DNA of 64,000 nucleotides from Microbotryum violaceum (taxonomy: Eukaryota), in assembly GCA_001244265.2 (NCBI GenBank), contig CDLV01000014.1, forward strand, positions 248,001 through 312,000, written 5' to 3'. A program made the position numbers and the translations under genes. The notes beneath the pieces are model-generated. The model searched no databases, had not been told where the DNA came from, and saw only the letters and a program-made list of their open reading frames with translations. Shown here piece by piece: positions 1 to 13,200 of the stretch. Within the stretch, counting starts at the first letter, position 1; every line of letters begins with the position of its first letter.

Positions 1-442
1 AGGAAATGGCGTTGCCTTTCCGGTCGACGGTCGGCGCCAGCACGATCGAGCCATTGCTGGCATGGCTACGCAAACTGAGGTCGCTGCACCTCTTGGACAG
101 CCGATGCCGAGCCTGTGCCTGTGCTTGTGCGACCCTCTTGGGTGTGCCTCCGACGGATGACCTCGGTGTGAATGGCCCCGCTAGTCGAGTCAGCCTGTCG
201 TCGTCGATGTCTTGGTCTGTGTCCCGGTCATTCTCCTGCTCAGGCCTCCTAGGATCTTGATCGTGATCGAGCTCGTGGTGTTGGCTCTCGATCAAAGACG
301 ATCCCCGCTGAGGGAACGCCTGCTGCTGGTGCCGCAAGAGCGGTTCGTGCGAACGATCAAGCGAGTCCGAGTCCGAGTCGGCCTTGGTTGGGGTGTTGGA
401 CCGCGACGAGGCTTTGATCGTGTCCGCTCGAGAGAGCGGCAT
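1..442 (-). CDS. 5' part of an uncharacterised protein, truncated by the window edge
   Basis: Open frame from ATG at 442 (MPLSRADTIKASSRSNTPTK...) runs off the left edge without a stop; low-complexity, no recognisable domain. Confidence 0.5.
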   Translation of the reverse strand, partial: MPLSRADTIKASSRSNTPTKADSDSDSLDRSHEPLLRHQQQAFPQRGSSLIESQHHELDHDQDPRRPEQENDRDTDQDIDDDRLTRLAGPFTPRSSVGGTPKRVAQAQAQARHRLSKRCSDLSLRSHASNGSIVLAPTVDRKGNAIS

Positions 443-874
443 CCATCTTGGTGGAGAGTCAGGTTCGGCCATCGTTTTTTGGGCAAAGTCGACCGCCGAG
501 AGCACAAGCTGCAGCGCAAACGCGGCGAGGCGAGGCGAGCGACGGTCACAGTTCACGCGTTCATGCGTTCACAATTCACACGAAAAGGGACTGCTCGACT
601 CTGCTCGACTGCTAGTGCTCACTCAGGTACTCAGGTGCAGACGGCGATCAGCCGAGTTGGGCGAACGCTGGCCAAGGGCGATCATTTCCCGTATCGGATG
701 CATAGTGTGGAATTCTTTAGGTCTTACTAGTTTTTACCCCTCGCAAAATTAACCGAGGACGAACTTGGGTAGGCGAAAATCGCCTTTTGTAATTTATCAT
801 CATAGCTCGGTTCCTTTTCTTGGTCATGCCAGCCAGAGAAGAAACAAGTAGAGCTTCGTTCCTCACTACCACGC

Positions 875-3077
875 TCAAAGCGTGTTCTCGGTCAACAAAT
901 CCTTGAGCGACTCTTGCACGCGCTTCTTCATCGTCACCTCGCCGCAGCGCACCCACACGCGCGGGTCGTAGTACTTCTTGTTGGGGCCGTCGGGTTTTTC
1001 GGGGTTGCCGACCTGCGTCTCGAGGTACGCGGCCTTCTCCTTGAAGTAGTCGCGGAAGCCGATCATGTAGCCCCATTGCGCGTCCGTGTCGACGTTCATC
1101 TGTTTCAAAAAAGCAGACTCTACATCAGTCACGATGCCACATACCACTAGGGACGCAACTGCACTGACCTTGATCACACCGTTCTGAACAGCGGTCGAGA
1201 TCTCCTCCTTGGTCGAGCCGGATCCACCGTGGAAGACGAGGTAGCTGTTGGACCACGCTGTCGATCAGCCAACGCCGCGAAGAAAGGTTAAAGCTCTCAT
1301 GTTTGCTCAACTTACATGGGAAGAGGGTTCTTGGACTTGAGCTGCTCGTGGCAGTACTTTTGGTGCTTGGCCAACAACTCGGGCTGCAATTTGACGTTTC
1401 CGGGCTTGTACACACCGTGGACGTTACCGAACGCGGCCGCGATCGAGAACATGGGCGAGATGGGCGACAGCGCGTTGTGGATGTCGAGGATGTCCTCGGG
1501 CTGGGTGTAGAGTGACGCGTTGTCGACGCCCGTGTTATCGACGCCATCCTCCTCACCACCGGTGATGCCGATCTCCATCTCGAGCCATTGGTCGATCTTG
1601 GCCATGCGCTTGAAGTACTTGACGCACGTCTCAATGTTCTCCTCCTTGGACTCTTCCGAGAGGTCGAGCATGTGCGACGAGAACAAGGGCTCGCCGTGGG
1701 CCTTGTAGTACGCCTCGTCGGCCTCGAGCATCCCTGTGGTGAATCGGGTCAGCTCCTTCCTGACCGCTTTCAAATCTGGTATGAGAATGTCCGTTTCGAC
1801 TGACCATCGAACCAAGGCAAAAGTTTCTTGGCGCAGTGGTCAGAGTGGATGACGACGGGGCTGAAAAAGATGAACAGCGCACAACATCAGTGCCCGAGAC
1901 TTGCTGGTGACGGCTCGCTGCTCACCGGTTACTCACATGCCGTAAGCGGGGGCAATAGCGCGGATGTAGTGAGCGGCCGCGACAGCGCCGGCGATCGAAC
2001 CCTGTTGCTGATCGTTTTTCAAGCCCTTGCCACCGAAGAAGGCTGCACCACCTTGCGAGACCTGGAGGATCACGGGCGCCTTGGAGTCGCGGGCGCCTTC
2101 AAGCGCGGCCACGGCGGTCGAGGACGAGGTGACGTTCTACAGTTGGGCGAGAAAGATTGCGAAATGTGCATACACGGAGCGCATAGAGTCAGCCAACAGC
2201 GAGAGGGGGATTAAGCACCCGTTCGAACATGAGGTGCGGCTCGCCCCCGGCAAGTCCGGTCCGTGCTGGTGCAGTTGAGCGCGCCGAAGCGAGTCGGAAC
2301 TCGACGGAAGCCGGCCGTTCGGCGCGGGACTGGTCGGAGGGGCAGCCGGGCCCAAAAAGGGGGGGGGGGGGGGGGCAGAGAATTCGGGTGAAGGGGAAGG
2401 AGCGAAATGCGCAAGAAACTTACGAAAGCCTACGCATGACAATGTGACAATGGGCGTAGCATGATGACGATCATCAGGGAAGGGATGAACGGGGTCAGCT
2501 CAGATTTGGATCGTCCTCGGTCTGTCGCTTCATCGATGAGGACGCCCATCGACTGGGACCACAGCCGTAATCGGATCAGCCCGCAGCGCCGACGTCCCCG
2601 TCGAGTTGGGAACGTCGTCGTCCTGGGCCGTGGCGAGTACTTACGGGGATGGCAAACTGTGATGGAGAGGAATCGTTGGTCTCGAGTCAGACACCGTAGT
2701 ACTAGCGAGTTCCGCCAAATTTGCCTGTCCGACGGAAGCGCAACTCGCCGAGAAAGCCCCACGACAGAGCAGGCACGTACATGCTTCTCCCGGGCATAGT
2801 CCAAGAGCTTGATCAAGTTCTGGCCCGTAATGACGCCGCTGTGGGGATGCATGGGAATCATTTGTCACAGGCACAGATCAGTTGGGTGTATCCGGTGTGT
2901 GGTCCCAAGTGGGGCAACGACGGGTTTGGCCAACCGGAACACGCACGTCTGGCAGCGCAGGAACGCCAGATACACAAGCAGTACGACACGGACACAGCGT
3001 CAGCAACCCGAAAAAGCCAAAGCGCGGATTGAGCAAGCGCATCGTTTACTCACAGGTACGATATCGAGGACTCCCAT
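875..3077 (-). CDS. FBA1: Fructose-bisphosphate aldolase, class II (multi-exon)
   Basis: Spliced translation MGVLDIVP...FAIP-AF-NVTSSST...HTDHCAKK...SSHMLDLSEE...EMEIGITGGEEDGVDN...AFGNVHGVYKPGNV...VFHGGSGS...NKKYYDPRVWVR; GT-AG introns. Confidence 0.97.
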
Positions 3078-3567
3078 AGTGATAGTGTATAATGCGGTTG
3101 AGGAGGTGAGAAAGTCGTGGAGAATGCGAGTGGTGCGGCGGAAGCCAGGCCACGAGCGCTTCCACCGTCTCACGTCACTCGGATTCCAACGAACTCGCCG
3201 TGAAACGGCAAATCATTTTCTTCGGCCGGCCTAGGTAGTCCTTCTCGGACGCAGCAGTTCTTCTCAAACCATTTCTTGTGTAGGATCATAAAGGATGTCA
3301 TGGTGGGTGTGATGGTCGTACCTGCAACCCAATGAAGGCATGGGCGAGCCTCGGCAAACTCTTTTTCTTTCTCTCTCGCAAATTATCCCGGCCAAGTACA
3401 AACGCCATTCGTCGTGCAAAATTTACTCAGATGAATGCCTTTATATTCCAATCCCCAACGATCGCCGACTGCAACTCGATCCCCACCATGATGCTCTTTT
3501 TAGGTGGATGCGAAACAAGAAAACAGGGAACCGAATTCACACCGGGCGACCTCTCGGGACCGGAACT

Positions 3568-4556
3568 TTATGCGGCCTTTCGACGGAACGAGCAACCTAC
3601 GACAAGCGACAAACGTGTGCCCGATCAGTAAGCCGCTTTCGAATGTGAATGGCCGCGGTGGAGATGGACGCACCTTCGGTAAGACGGCACTTTCCACCGG
3701 TCGGTTGGCACAAGACTTGAGAGCACGATCCGCAGGTAACGACAGTGTTGGCGTGGCTGAAGACGGTGTTGATGTTGAAGCAGCCTAAAGGAGTAGAGTG
3801 GTAGTGATACGTGGTCAGCGATCGATCCGACTTGACGAGCTCTCCAAAGGGTCAGCTTACCAGGGCACTTGACGTCCATGAAGTAGCTGTGAATGTAAAC
3901 TTGGGGTTGAGCGACGATATAGACTTGTGGCATGCCCAACTCACGAGTTAGGGGCCTGTACCAGCCTCTTGAGCTTGTGGGTTCGCTCAGTGGTGGCGGC
4001 GGAAGGGTTCAAGAGGTCGACGGCGAGAGACTGTTGGATCAAGGGGTATCCGAGGTTCAGTACTCCACGGCATTGATCGAGGGCGCTTGTGAATTGATGA
4101 GTTCCATCGGTGGAGAGGAGGTGGGTGGCGACGAGCGAGCGAGCAAGCGAGTGCAACGTCAGGTGATGGATGAGCGTAGAGAGTAGGGCGTGTGCGTAGG
4201 CCAAGCGCGGGCAGGGTCATTACGACGGTGACGCAAGCCGGCCATTGCGGCACGAGCCGTCGATCTCCCCGTGCTGAGGATCCGATTTGTGCGACTTGGT
4301 AGACTGATCGACTCGCTACAGCTTTTCGGTTGTCGTCGTCTCTAGCGATGCGATGCGCCGACGCCAGCCTGCATCCCGCCTCAGCGACTGCTGGCTCTCA
4401 CGCGATCGCACCGTCGTCGCACCTCGCACCCGCGCCCAGCAGTGAGTGGCTCAAGCCCAGGCCCGGCTCGCGAGCCAGCACGCTACGGGCATCTCCACGG
4501 TCCTACGCGCCTGTCCCATGCCTCCCTGACCGCATCGATTGTTGCAAACATACCAT
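3568..4556 (-). CDS. RPS27: 40S ribosomal protein S27 (eS27)
   Basis: ATG|gtatgt at 4554-4556, then [10 protein letters not shown]...[67 protein letters not shown]4 zinc ribbon; 5'UTR intron at about 4563-4793. Confidence 0.95.
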
Positions 4557-5514
4557 ATTGGGCTGCAGGTCCGGTCGAACGCGGTCGAGGACGGAGAGAT
4601 GTGGCAAGTGAGGGTGACAAGGCGGGTGCGACGAAGAGGGAGACGACGACAACGACGACGCAGGCGGGTGGCAATTTTCAGAGACGAAGACCAGCAACGA
4701 CAACCGGGTAAGAACGAACAAGACGGGTGGGCATGGGAAGGTGTCAGTACGGGGACGCAATGTTCAAAGTTGTTTAGCGCAGGGTGGACTGACCTTGTGT
4801 AGACGACGAGTAGTGTGACAGAGGCGAGTCCAAGAGGTGAGTCGCTGCATCGACTCGCTAGGCCTTTTTTCGCCCCGCGCGAATCCCGCGCGCCCAACCT
4901 TCCAACACACGCCCGCGAGCGCGCGCCGGCCCAGCGTGAGCGAGCCAAAACCCGCCTAGCGGAGCGAGCTCACCTGCCTATTACAACATTAGCCCCGATT
5001 CCCGCGCTGAGACCGCCGGCGACCATGCACAAGGCGATCATTTTGAGCGAGTCGGTAGCAAACGCCGAGATCTTCCCCACCTTTTTTAATGGAAAGCCAG
5101 TTCCACCGAAATCAAGGCATGGAGTGCAACGGAAAATAGCCCGTAGATCGCTCCCACAGTATCACCTGATTGCGCACGGCACGGCTTGCCGAAGCAGGAT
5201 GACTTTTCGGTCACTTTCAACGGTGGCGCCGATCAAGACTTTGCCCCTCTACATCGCATGATCCGATTCCCAACATCCCCGTAAACTGCATCTAAGAAAC
5301 GTGACATCTACATTACAATAGAAATATACCCCGACCCAGTAACATATTTTGAATGGCCGTCCTTAGCCACTCGGGAACTGATCCGACTCTCGGAGTGGTG
5401 ACAGACGAGAGTAAGTCACGCGACCACGACCTGAAGCATTCGATTGATCTCTGTGATGCCTCGACAGACAAACATCAACCGTTGGTAGCCGCTCGGATTA
5501 CGTTGGTCTCCAAT

Positions 5515-6807
5515 TTACATCTGAAATTGACAGTGAAGCGAGTGTGAGAGTGGTATCGACGTCAGCCAATCGCATTACGCTGAGTCGTCGTAGCCGCGTC
5601 CAGCAGCCACTTCAGTCCGGAGTCTTGAGACTCGGCTGTAGGTCATGTGACCTCTCTCGCCGCAGCAAAGCAAAGGCAACGAAACGAAACGAAAGCACTC
5701 ACAAAATCGTCGTAATCCCCCGAATCGTCCAACATCTCATCATACGCTCCCGTATCGGCCCTACCCATGCCCAACGTCTTGCTCGCACCCAGCATGGGCT
5801 TGGCCGCTCCCTTCTTCTTCTTTCCACCTCCCTGCGCCTCCTTCTGAGCCTTTTGCTTCTCGTTCGCCAGTGTGGTCAGTTTTGATCCGACGGCCTTGAC
5901 GTCAAAGTCGTTCAAGGGCCCGCAGATCGATCGCACGAAGGTCTCGAGAAAGGCGGTGTAGACGGGCGAATCCGAGTAAGCGTTGACGAGTTGCTGGGCG
6001 AGCGAGGTGGCGACCGTTTCGGCGTCAACCTTGGTCACCAGCGGTTGCGAGAAAGGGTCGCTGTCTAAATACCCGTGCAAGCTCCTTTAATTAGTTCGTG
6101 TTGTTTCGAGGTTGCAACCTATTCGGAGATTAGGACCGACCATTGACGGAACTAGCGCCAAAGAGAGCGGTCGCATTCTCCATATCGGCCTTGAGCATGG
6201 CCGCTCGTTCCCTTGCCCTTCGTGCAGCGGGATCACCTTCTTCTCGGGTCTGGAGTTATGGAAACTTCAATTAGCGTCTGCGAAGCTCATCCATCTTCGG
6301 TACATGTCCAATCCCGTCTCTACGCACCTTTGCAGCCAAAGCGGCCTTCCTGGCCTGTTCTGCGGCCTCCTTCTCCGCGATCTTTTGCTTCGTGATACCC
6401 TTGGCTCGAACAGGTGGTGCAGGTCCGGCCGGTTTCTTGGGCTTGTCGTCATCCTCGTCATCCGAAGCATCCCAGTCATCCTACGAGCGCGTGGGGACCC
6501 CGAGACAGGAGCGTGTGTCGGATCCGAAAAGAGTCAGTTTCGCGAGCACTCGCTACTTCGGCCTCCTCACTTGGGACACGACTTACCTTTACATCATCAT
6601 CTGAAGCGTCCTCGTCGGCAAACTTGGACTTGATCGGTGCCTTGGGGGCCACAATGGACGCGGCACTCTTCGTTGTCTCGTCGTCGCTCGCGTCTGAGGA
6701 CCGGCGGTGGAATGATGTAGCAATACAGTGAAGGATCGCATCAGCTACCCTGGGTCCGTAGCTCAGTGTGACGACTATACTCAACCCAACTTACCCCAGT
6801 CACTCAT
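5515..6807 (-). CDS. HCR1: Translation initiation factor 3 subunit J
   Basis: MSDWDASDDE...DDWDASDDED acidic Trp motifs; KLTTLANEKQKAQKEA; C-terminal DYDDF|M* with the final Met and stop on a last exon at 5515-5520. Confidence 0.88.
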
Positions 6808-9068
6808 GTTGTGCGTAGTGCGGCGTACGGGGTCGTGTGTTGGATGGCGAACCGTGGCCCGACAGCCGAGTGTTCGCAACGACTTGTGCTCAAGTTTTGA
6901 GCTCGGACCCTCTGCAGATGGCCGCGGAATAGAAACAAGCTTCCGACACGCCAGGAGCCCTCGATTTAGCTCAAGACTGAAACTGACCAACATCATCATC
7001 TCATTTCAGGTGTGGGTTGTAGGTAAGAATGGCCCTGGGTGTGACAGCGACTCATTAACGCAACGCGCGTAGTTGGAACTTCGAGTAACAGAACAAAAGA
7101 GGAGAGCTGAAGCTTTATAGTAGTGTAGGTATACGAAAGGCTGTACTATGGAGAGCTCCGGTCTCAAACGTCGGCTTGGGCGAAAAGTTCGGGGCACGGT
7201 AGTACAAATCTCCGGTGCTTCGTCTTGCCTGCGACTGGTGCTTGCGAGAGTAACTTGGGTAACTTGGGGGTTGCAGAGGCCGGGACTAAAGTGGTTTTAA
7301 GTCTGCGGCACCGCTCAAGACCTCTTGCATCACTCTTTACCTATAACGAGCTTCTACTACAATATTTGAAGAGGTCGCGCTATTCGAGGACTCGACTCAA
7401 TCTAGTGTAGGCACTTGAAAAAAAAAAAATCAGTACGACGTCTCAGAGCTTCGCTTAACCGCACGTGACCTTGTCCCTGGTGACCGGTCACCCCTTAACC
7501 AATGACCCCCGCGGAGAGCGATTTCTGGAAGAGTCGCAGTCGCAGTGTATTCTCCTTGCAATGATGGCTCTGTGGCCTAAGGCATATAAGACGGGGCCAT
7601 ACACAAATGGAAGAACTGGGGCTGATGAGTCGAAGATCGCTTCCAATCCGAGGCCCAAAAACTCGTGCCTCGTGCCACCAGTCCCGAAAACCTGACAACG
7701 AGTCGACCAGGGCCGCTCAAGTTGGACCGAGGGAAATTTGAGTCGCAGTGCTTGGTTGCATGCATACGGGCGTGGGCGTGCTTCCGGCGCTCCCGTGGCT
7801 TTGAAAGGCGATCGGAGCCCAATGTGCAGCGTCGAACTTTGGGCCCGAGGCCTCGCGAGCGCCTTCGATCACACGTTGCACCCATCTGAGACACTCATTG
7901 CCATTTGCTCGTGCGTCCTGCAAGGGGTTCTCATCAGACATGGGCGCAATCCGTGTGAGATAGGTGGGGATGCAAGAGCTTTCACTGTCTCTTCTCCCTC
8001 TTACCCTACTTCTCGCTTCTCATAACATTTCCATCTCAGCTCCCGCCTCATCCCTCTCGTCCTTACCCCCTCCCCACACGGAGTCAGACTGTTTTTCGCT
8101 CGCTCCGATATCGTCGCCACCACCTTACTCATCGTCCAATCGACCTTCTCGATCGCTGCTCCCTTGTCGGATAAAACCGCCCATGGGCTCGAGAAGCTCA
8201 TTTCTTGCCACACCAACGAGATTGCCCAGAGTGAGTTTCGCGGTCAACCCTCGTCAGCGTCAATCCGGGGCAGCCGCGGCGATGGCAACGTCGCATTCCC
8301 ACTTGCTTTCGTGTGCTTTCGAGCTTCCTGTCACCTCTTACACTTCGGACGATGCAACCGAGCAAATTGGAGTCGCCACGAAGCCGCATTACTAACTTAC
8401 CTCCTATGAACTCCGCAGACAATGCCTTCGTGTCTTGCGCCTCGCTTTATCCGAACGCCATGACTTGCAGTCGGGAGCCTTTGACGTGCTCGTACGGTGT
8501 ACTCCAAGCTCAAGTGAGTGCACTTTGCCTGACCTTCATCCTGACTCGTGTCCGAAAGGCCACCGAGGCTAACTTTCGACCCCTATTCACCGCCCTCGCC
8601 GTCCAGGTGCGCAGCTGTAGACTGCACCAAGACCCCTGGAACCTACCTCAGCACCGATGGTGAGGATTTTCCTACCTATACTCCAAGCTCTCCCCCATCT
8701 AACATTCACTGTACTAACCAATTATACTCCTTTCTCTCCGTACATAGCCAAGCAGTGCCTGGCCTGCAACGACACCCATGCTCTGACGTGCAACAGCACT
8801 ACTACCCTTAGTTGCCAAGCCAACTACACCCTCTACCCTTTCGACAATGTATGCTGCTTTGGAAAATCATACTCCCAGTACATACCCTATGGCATGGCCA
8901 AGCCCTTCTCGTCAAGCCAGCAGCCGTTCTCCGAGACTGTAAGTACAATGTTTGATCGATCATCCCAAGGCACGCGGCAAGTGAGCTCGCCGATGAAGTT
9001 TCCATTTTGCTTGAGGTGACATTGCCAGTCGTCCTGATCCCCGACTGCTCCCTACTCGCCTGCAGTCC

Positions 9069-9548
9069 TTTTTTTTTGTAGAAACTGTTCATCATATTGC
9101 CCCCAATTCATGTTCCCCCTATTTGGCCTACGGAAAAAACTAGATGGAAGTCGACGATGATAACACAAACCGCCCGCAAGATGCGAGAAACGGGCCGGTG
9201 TCCACCAATCCGATACTTGGGATTCAAGTGCCCGAGCCAAGCGGTTGCTCCCCCCAGGAGACGAATGAGAGAGAGAAGATGAGAGAGAGAAGAAGAGAGA
9301 GAGAGAAAGAGAAAGAGTACAAAAATAATTGACTAACGACAAGAGACCCACCCCGCCGTCACTTCCCAACTCGGTCGAGACAAAGACAAGAGAGCGACTG
9401 CGCAGCTACCCTGACCCGCGAAGTCCCAAGTCTATGCTCGGTCACAACAAGACGCGGTGGAGGCCCCTCAAAACCTCCACCTCAGCAGTCCCTGGCCCCT
9501 CAAAGCCGACTTTCTGCCTGTGTCTGCTGATCCCTCCCTTGACTCAGA
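9069..9548 (-). mobile_element. 5'-truncated LINE copy (3'UTR plus poly(A)), diverged relative of the adjacent full-length element
   Basis: T9 tract at 9069-9077, then ~470 bp colinear with 9568-10019 with many substitutions; flanked by AGTCCT at 9064 and 9549. Confidence 0.9.
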
Positions 9549-10213
9549 AGTCCTCGTTTTTTTTTTTGTAGAAAACGTTCATCATATTGCCCCCAGTTCC
9601 TGTTCCCCCTGTTTTGGCCTACGGAAAAACTAGATGGAAGACTACGATGATAACACAAACCGCCCGCAAAAGTGCGAGAAACGAGCCAAGTCCACCAATC
9701 CGAGATTCGGATTCAAATGCCCTAGCCAAGCGGTTGCTCCCCCCCGGAGACTAATGAGAGAGAGAAAGAGAGATGAAGAGAAAAAGAAAGAAAAGAAATG
9801 TACTAACGACAGAAGGCCCACCCCACAGCCACTTCCCACTCGGTCGAGACGAAGACAAGAGCACGACTGCGCAACCACCACGACCCTCGACGCTCCAAGT
9901 CTCTGCTCAGTCACAACAAGACGCGGTGAAGGTCCCTCAAAACCTCCCCCATCGGCAGTCCCTGGCCCCTCAAAGCCGACTTTCTGCCTGTGTCCGCTGA
10001 TCCCTCCCTTGACTCAGAACCCCGAAGCCGAAGAGCGCGAGCCACACCGAGTCGACGCCAAATCGCGAGATGGTCCATGATCCGCAACGATGAACCTGTA
10101 ACAAATGAAAGATGAAAGCGATCTATTTAGTGTACAGTAGGAGAAAATGATGTCACGAGAATTTGGTGTGTGTGTGTGTGTAGTGGTGGTGGGGGCAAAG
10201 TCGAACCCAGCCT

Positions 10214-13200
10214 CTACTGCCCTCTCCTCCCCCAAGCTCCTCCCGCCCTCAGCTTCAACCTCTCCTCCAAGATGATCCTCCTCCTCCCAACACCCTCCAT
10301 CCTCGTCCCCCACTTTTGCATCCCCCACCTCCCGCTGCTGATCATCTCCAAGACCAGCCCGGTGAATATTTCGATCGTCCTCCCCGCTCCTTCTTGATCG
10401 CGTAGACTGGCCTTGAGCTTCGGAAGTCCGAACATGCGTTGAACAGCCGTGTAATGCGTGTTGTCGATCGTGTCGAGCCCCAGTGCGTCGCAGAGCACGC
10501 TCCTTGCCGCGATCCAAACGTTCCCAGAGTCAACGCAGTCGAAAAAGTAGTGGTCGGTGTCGTCCACCGGCGCTTCGCAGACGAGGCACGCGGGAGAAGT
10601 GTCGTGATTCTGTTGGTGTTGCAGCTTGCGCGTCGGGGTGAAGCGGAGAATCAGCTTGAACCAAACTTCCCTCTCCCTCGCCGTCAGTGCCTTCGAGTTG
10701 ACCGCCTTCCAAAAGCTCCTGAGGTCGTCCGGCTGCGGTGGTCCCTTGAGCCCGAGCGTGTTGGTAAAGGCCTTCGCGTTCAGGACCCGGCGGATGCGAC
10801 GGATGGTGTACGGTCGAGCCATGTTCAGCAGCTTGTACTGGCTCGCCTGCTGTGGAAGCACCGGGTCCGGAAGGCGCTGCTCCATTGCGAAGCGGGCCAC
10901 GGGCTTGGGGAGAATCGCCTCGAGTGGTGCGCTGGTGCCGATCCGGGGAGGCACGTTGAGCCGTCCTGCCGCCACCGCCACCGCCAAGGGCGTGTTCTTG
11001 TGTCGATCGACAGTGAACCGGTACCAGGCCGCGATTGCCAGTCGCTGCGGGAGCCCGCGTCGATCGTACTCGCTGTTGTCGCCGAGCACATCCGCCGGCG
11101 GCGTCCAAAAGTGAAACCCCCCACCCGCATACAACTCGCGCCGGTAAAGATCCGCCACCTTCGGGTAGCCCTGGAGACGAAGGTAGTCAGGTATATGAAC
11201 CGCGTCGATGGTCTGTCTCCCTCTGATGGGGTGTGGAGGCTGCCGAGCAAGGTGGGAAGCGCGAGCAGGTTCGCGGTGGTCAAGGTCCTCGGGTTGACCT
11301 GCGCGTCTTGCTGTTTCGGAACCCCCAAAGCTGCTCGCCATCGGGGATGGAGGTCGCTGGGGATGGGAGTGGATGGATGTGGCCAGAGATCGGTGGCCAG
11401 GTCGAGGTCGGACTGAGCTCGCTGGAGTGCCGCGCGCGCAAGTCCTTGCCAGATCGCGCCCGAACCGCCGAGAAGAACGTCCCAGATCCGTGCCGCAACC
11501 GCGTCCACGACGTCCTGCATCCTGATCACCCCGAGTCCCCCTTGAGCTTGGCTGTGAACACGATATCTCTGCCGTAGCTGGTCCTGCCCTTGCCCCCACG
11601 GACGAAATCGACGAGCATGTCATCGAGCTTCTTGACGACTTCGGGCGGCGGGATGTCGGCTGCAAGGAAGTGCAGGATCTTGGGGATGGCGTACCGATTG
11701 ACGTAAAAGGCACGGGTGTGGTGTGTGAGCCAGCGATGCTGAACCCCTTCCAGCGTCGCCTCGAGGCGTTCGATGAGATTCGCGTAGGCGAGTTCGGTGT
11801 CGCCGCTCGGGTCGAAGGGGAGGCCGATCCACTCGAGCGACTCGCCTGCGGCCTTGACGACGAGCGGGCGTTGCCCCGGGTCCCAGCGGCGTCCGATCGG
11901 TAGGACGACCGTCTTGTCCGTGTTGAGCCGGCCATTCGTTGCATGCCTCCAGTCGAGCGCCAGGTCATCGAGCAAGTTGAGTGACCCCAAGCTCGCGACG
12001 GCGACGACAACGTCATCGGCAAAAGCAAGCGATGTAATGGCGCGGCTCTGTGGGTACGGATGAAGTGCAGGTATGGAGAGATTCAGCGCGATGTTTCGAC
12101 GGTGTAGAGCATCCAGAAACGGCTGAAACACGATGTCCCAGACCGACGACGACGCCGGGTCCCCTTGGCCGAGCCCACACGTCAGTCGTACCGGCGCCGT
12201 CAAGAACCCATTGATGATGTAGCGGGCCGAGGTCGAGTCACCCGAGTAGAGCATCCTCAGCACGCGAAGAAAGGTGGCAGGAGCGCCCAGAGCGTCAAAG
12301 ATGGCAAAGATCCAGTCATGCTCGACGAGGTCGTAGGCGGACGATTGGTCAAGAGATAAGAGTGCGGCCGCGGGGAACTCGGTCCTGCGCGCGCCAACTT
12401 CCTCGATCAGGAGACGAAGGTGTAGTGCAGCGTCAGCCGATCGGCGGTCCTTGACGAATCCGTGCTGCTGCGGCGGGAGGAGATCGGGTAGAATCTGGTT
12501 CAAACGGGCGACATAGACCTTGGTAAAGATCTTGTAATCGCACTCGCGCAGGGTGATCGGCCGGTACGACGAAAGTTCGGCGCGATCGGCATTCTTCTTG
12601 TGTCGCTTGAAGATGAGGCGCACGAGTCCTTGGCCCTGCTTGGGAGAGAGTGAGCCTCGCTCTATCATCGTGTTGTAGGCCTTGGTCAGCACCTTGGCCC
12701 ACGCCTTGGGTGCGGTCTGGTAGAGTTCGTAGGGCACGCCCGACGGTCCCGGCGATCGCCCCGGGTGCGTCGTCCCGATCGCGGCCACGACCTCGTCCTC
12801 GGTGATTGGTCGCTGGAGTAAGTCGATCTGCGATTCCGAGAGTCGGCGCAGAAAGAGAGGATCCGAGCGCGGGTCGTCGCAAGTCCGCGCCGCCCTGATC
12901 GGCGCGAGGAATTCGTCCCGAAGTCGGCCGACGCGGTCCGGGTCACGAGGCTCGATGCGGTAGAGGCGCTGGAAATGCGCCTGCGTGTGGTCAAGAGCGA
13001 CATCAATGTCATGCGTTAGCTCTCCGTTGCTCAAGCGCAGTGCTGTGATCTTGGAGTCCGAGTTCCGCGCCGCGAGCTTGGCGTGGACCGGCCGCGACAG
13101 TCGTTCCTCGGAGGCGATCTCGGGTACGTGGGCTCGGATCCGGAGTAGGCGCGCGCGCTCCTCGACCGCCCGCTTGAGTTCCTCGGACGTCCTTGTCCAT

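Noticed and set aside
2490..2545. Box C/D snoRNA in an FBA1 intron
   Set aside because: CTGA is the branch-point motif, there is no proper RTGATGA box, and the span is too short.
7000..7960. Gene or TE in the eIF3j upstream region (A run near 7418-7429)
   Set aside because: No coherent ORF, termini or repeat partner could be supported.
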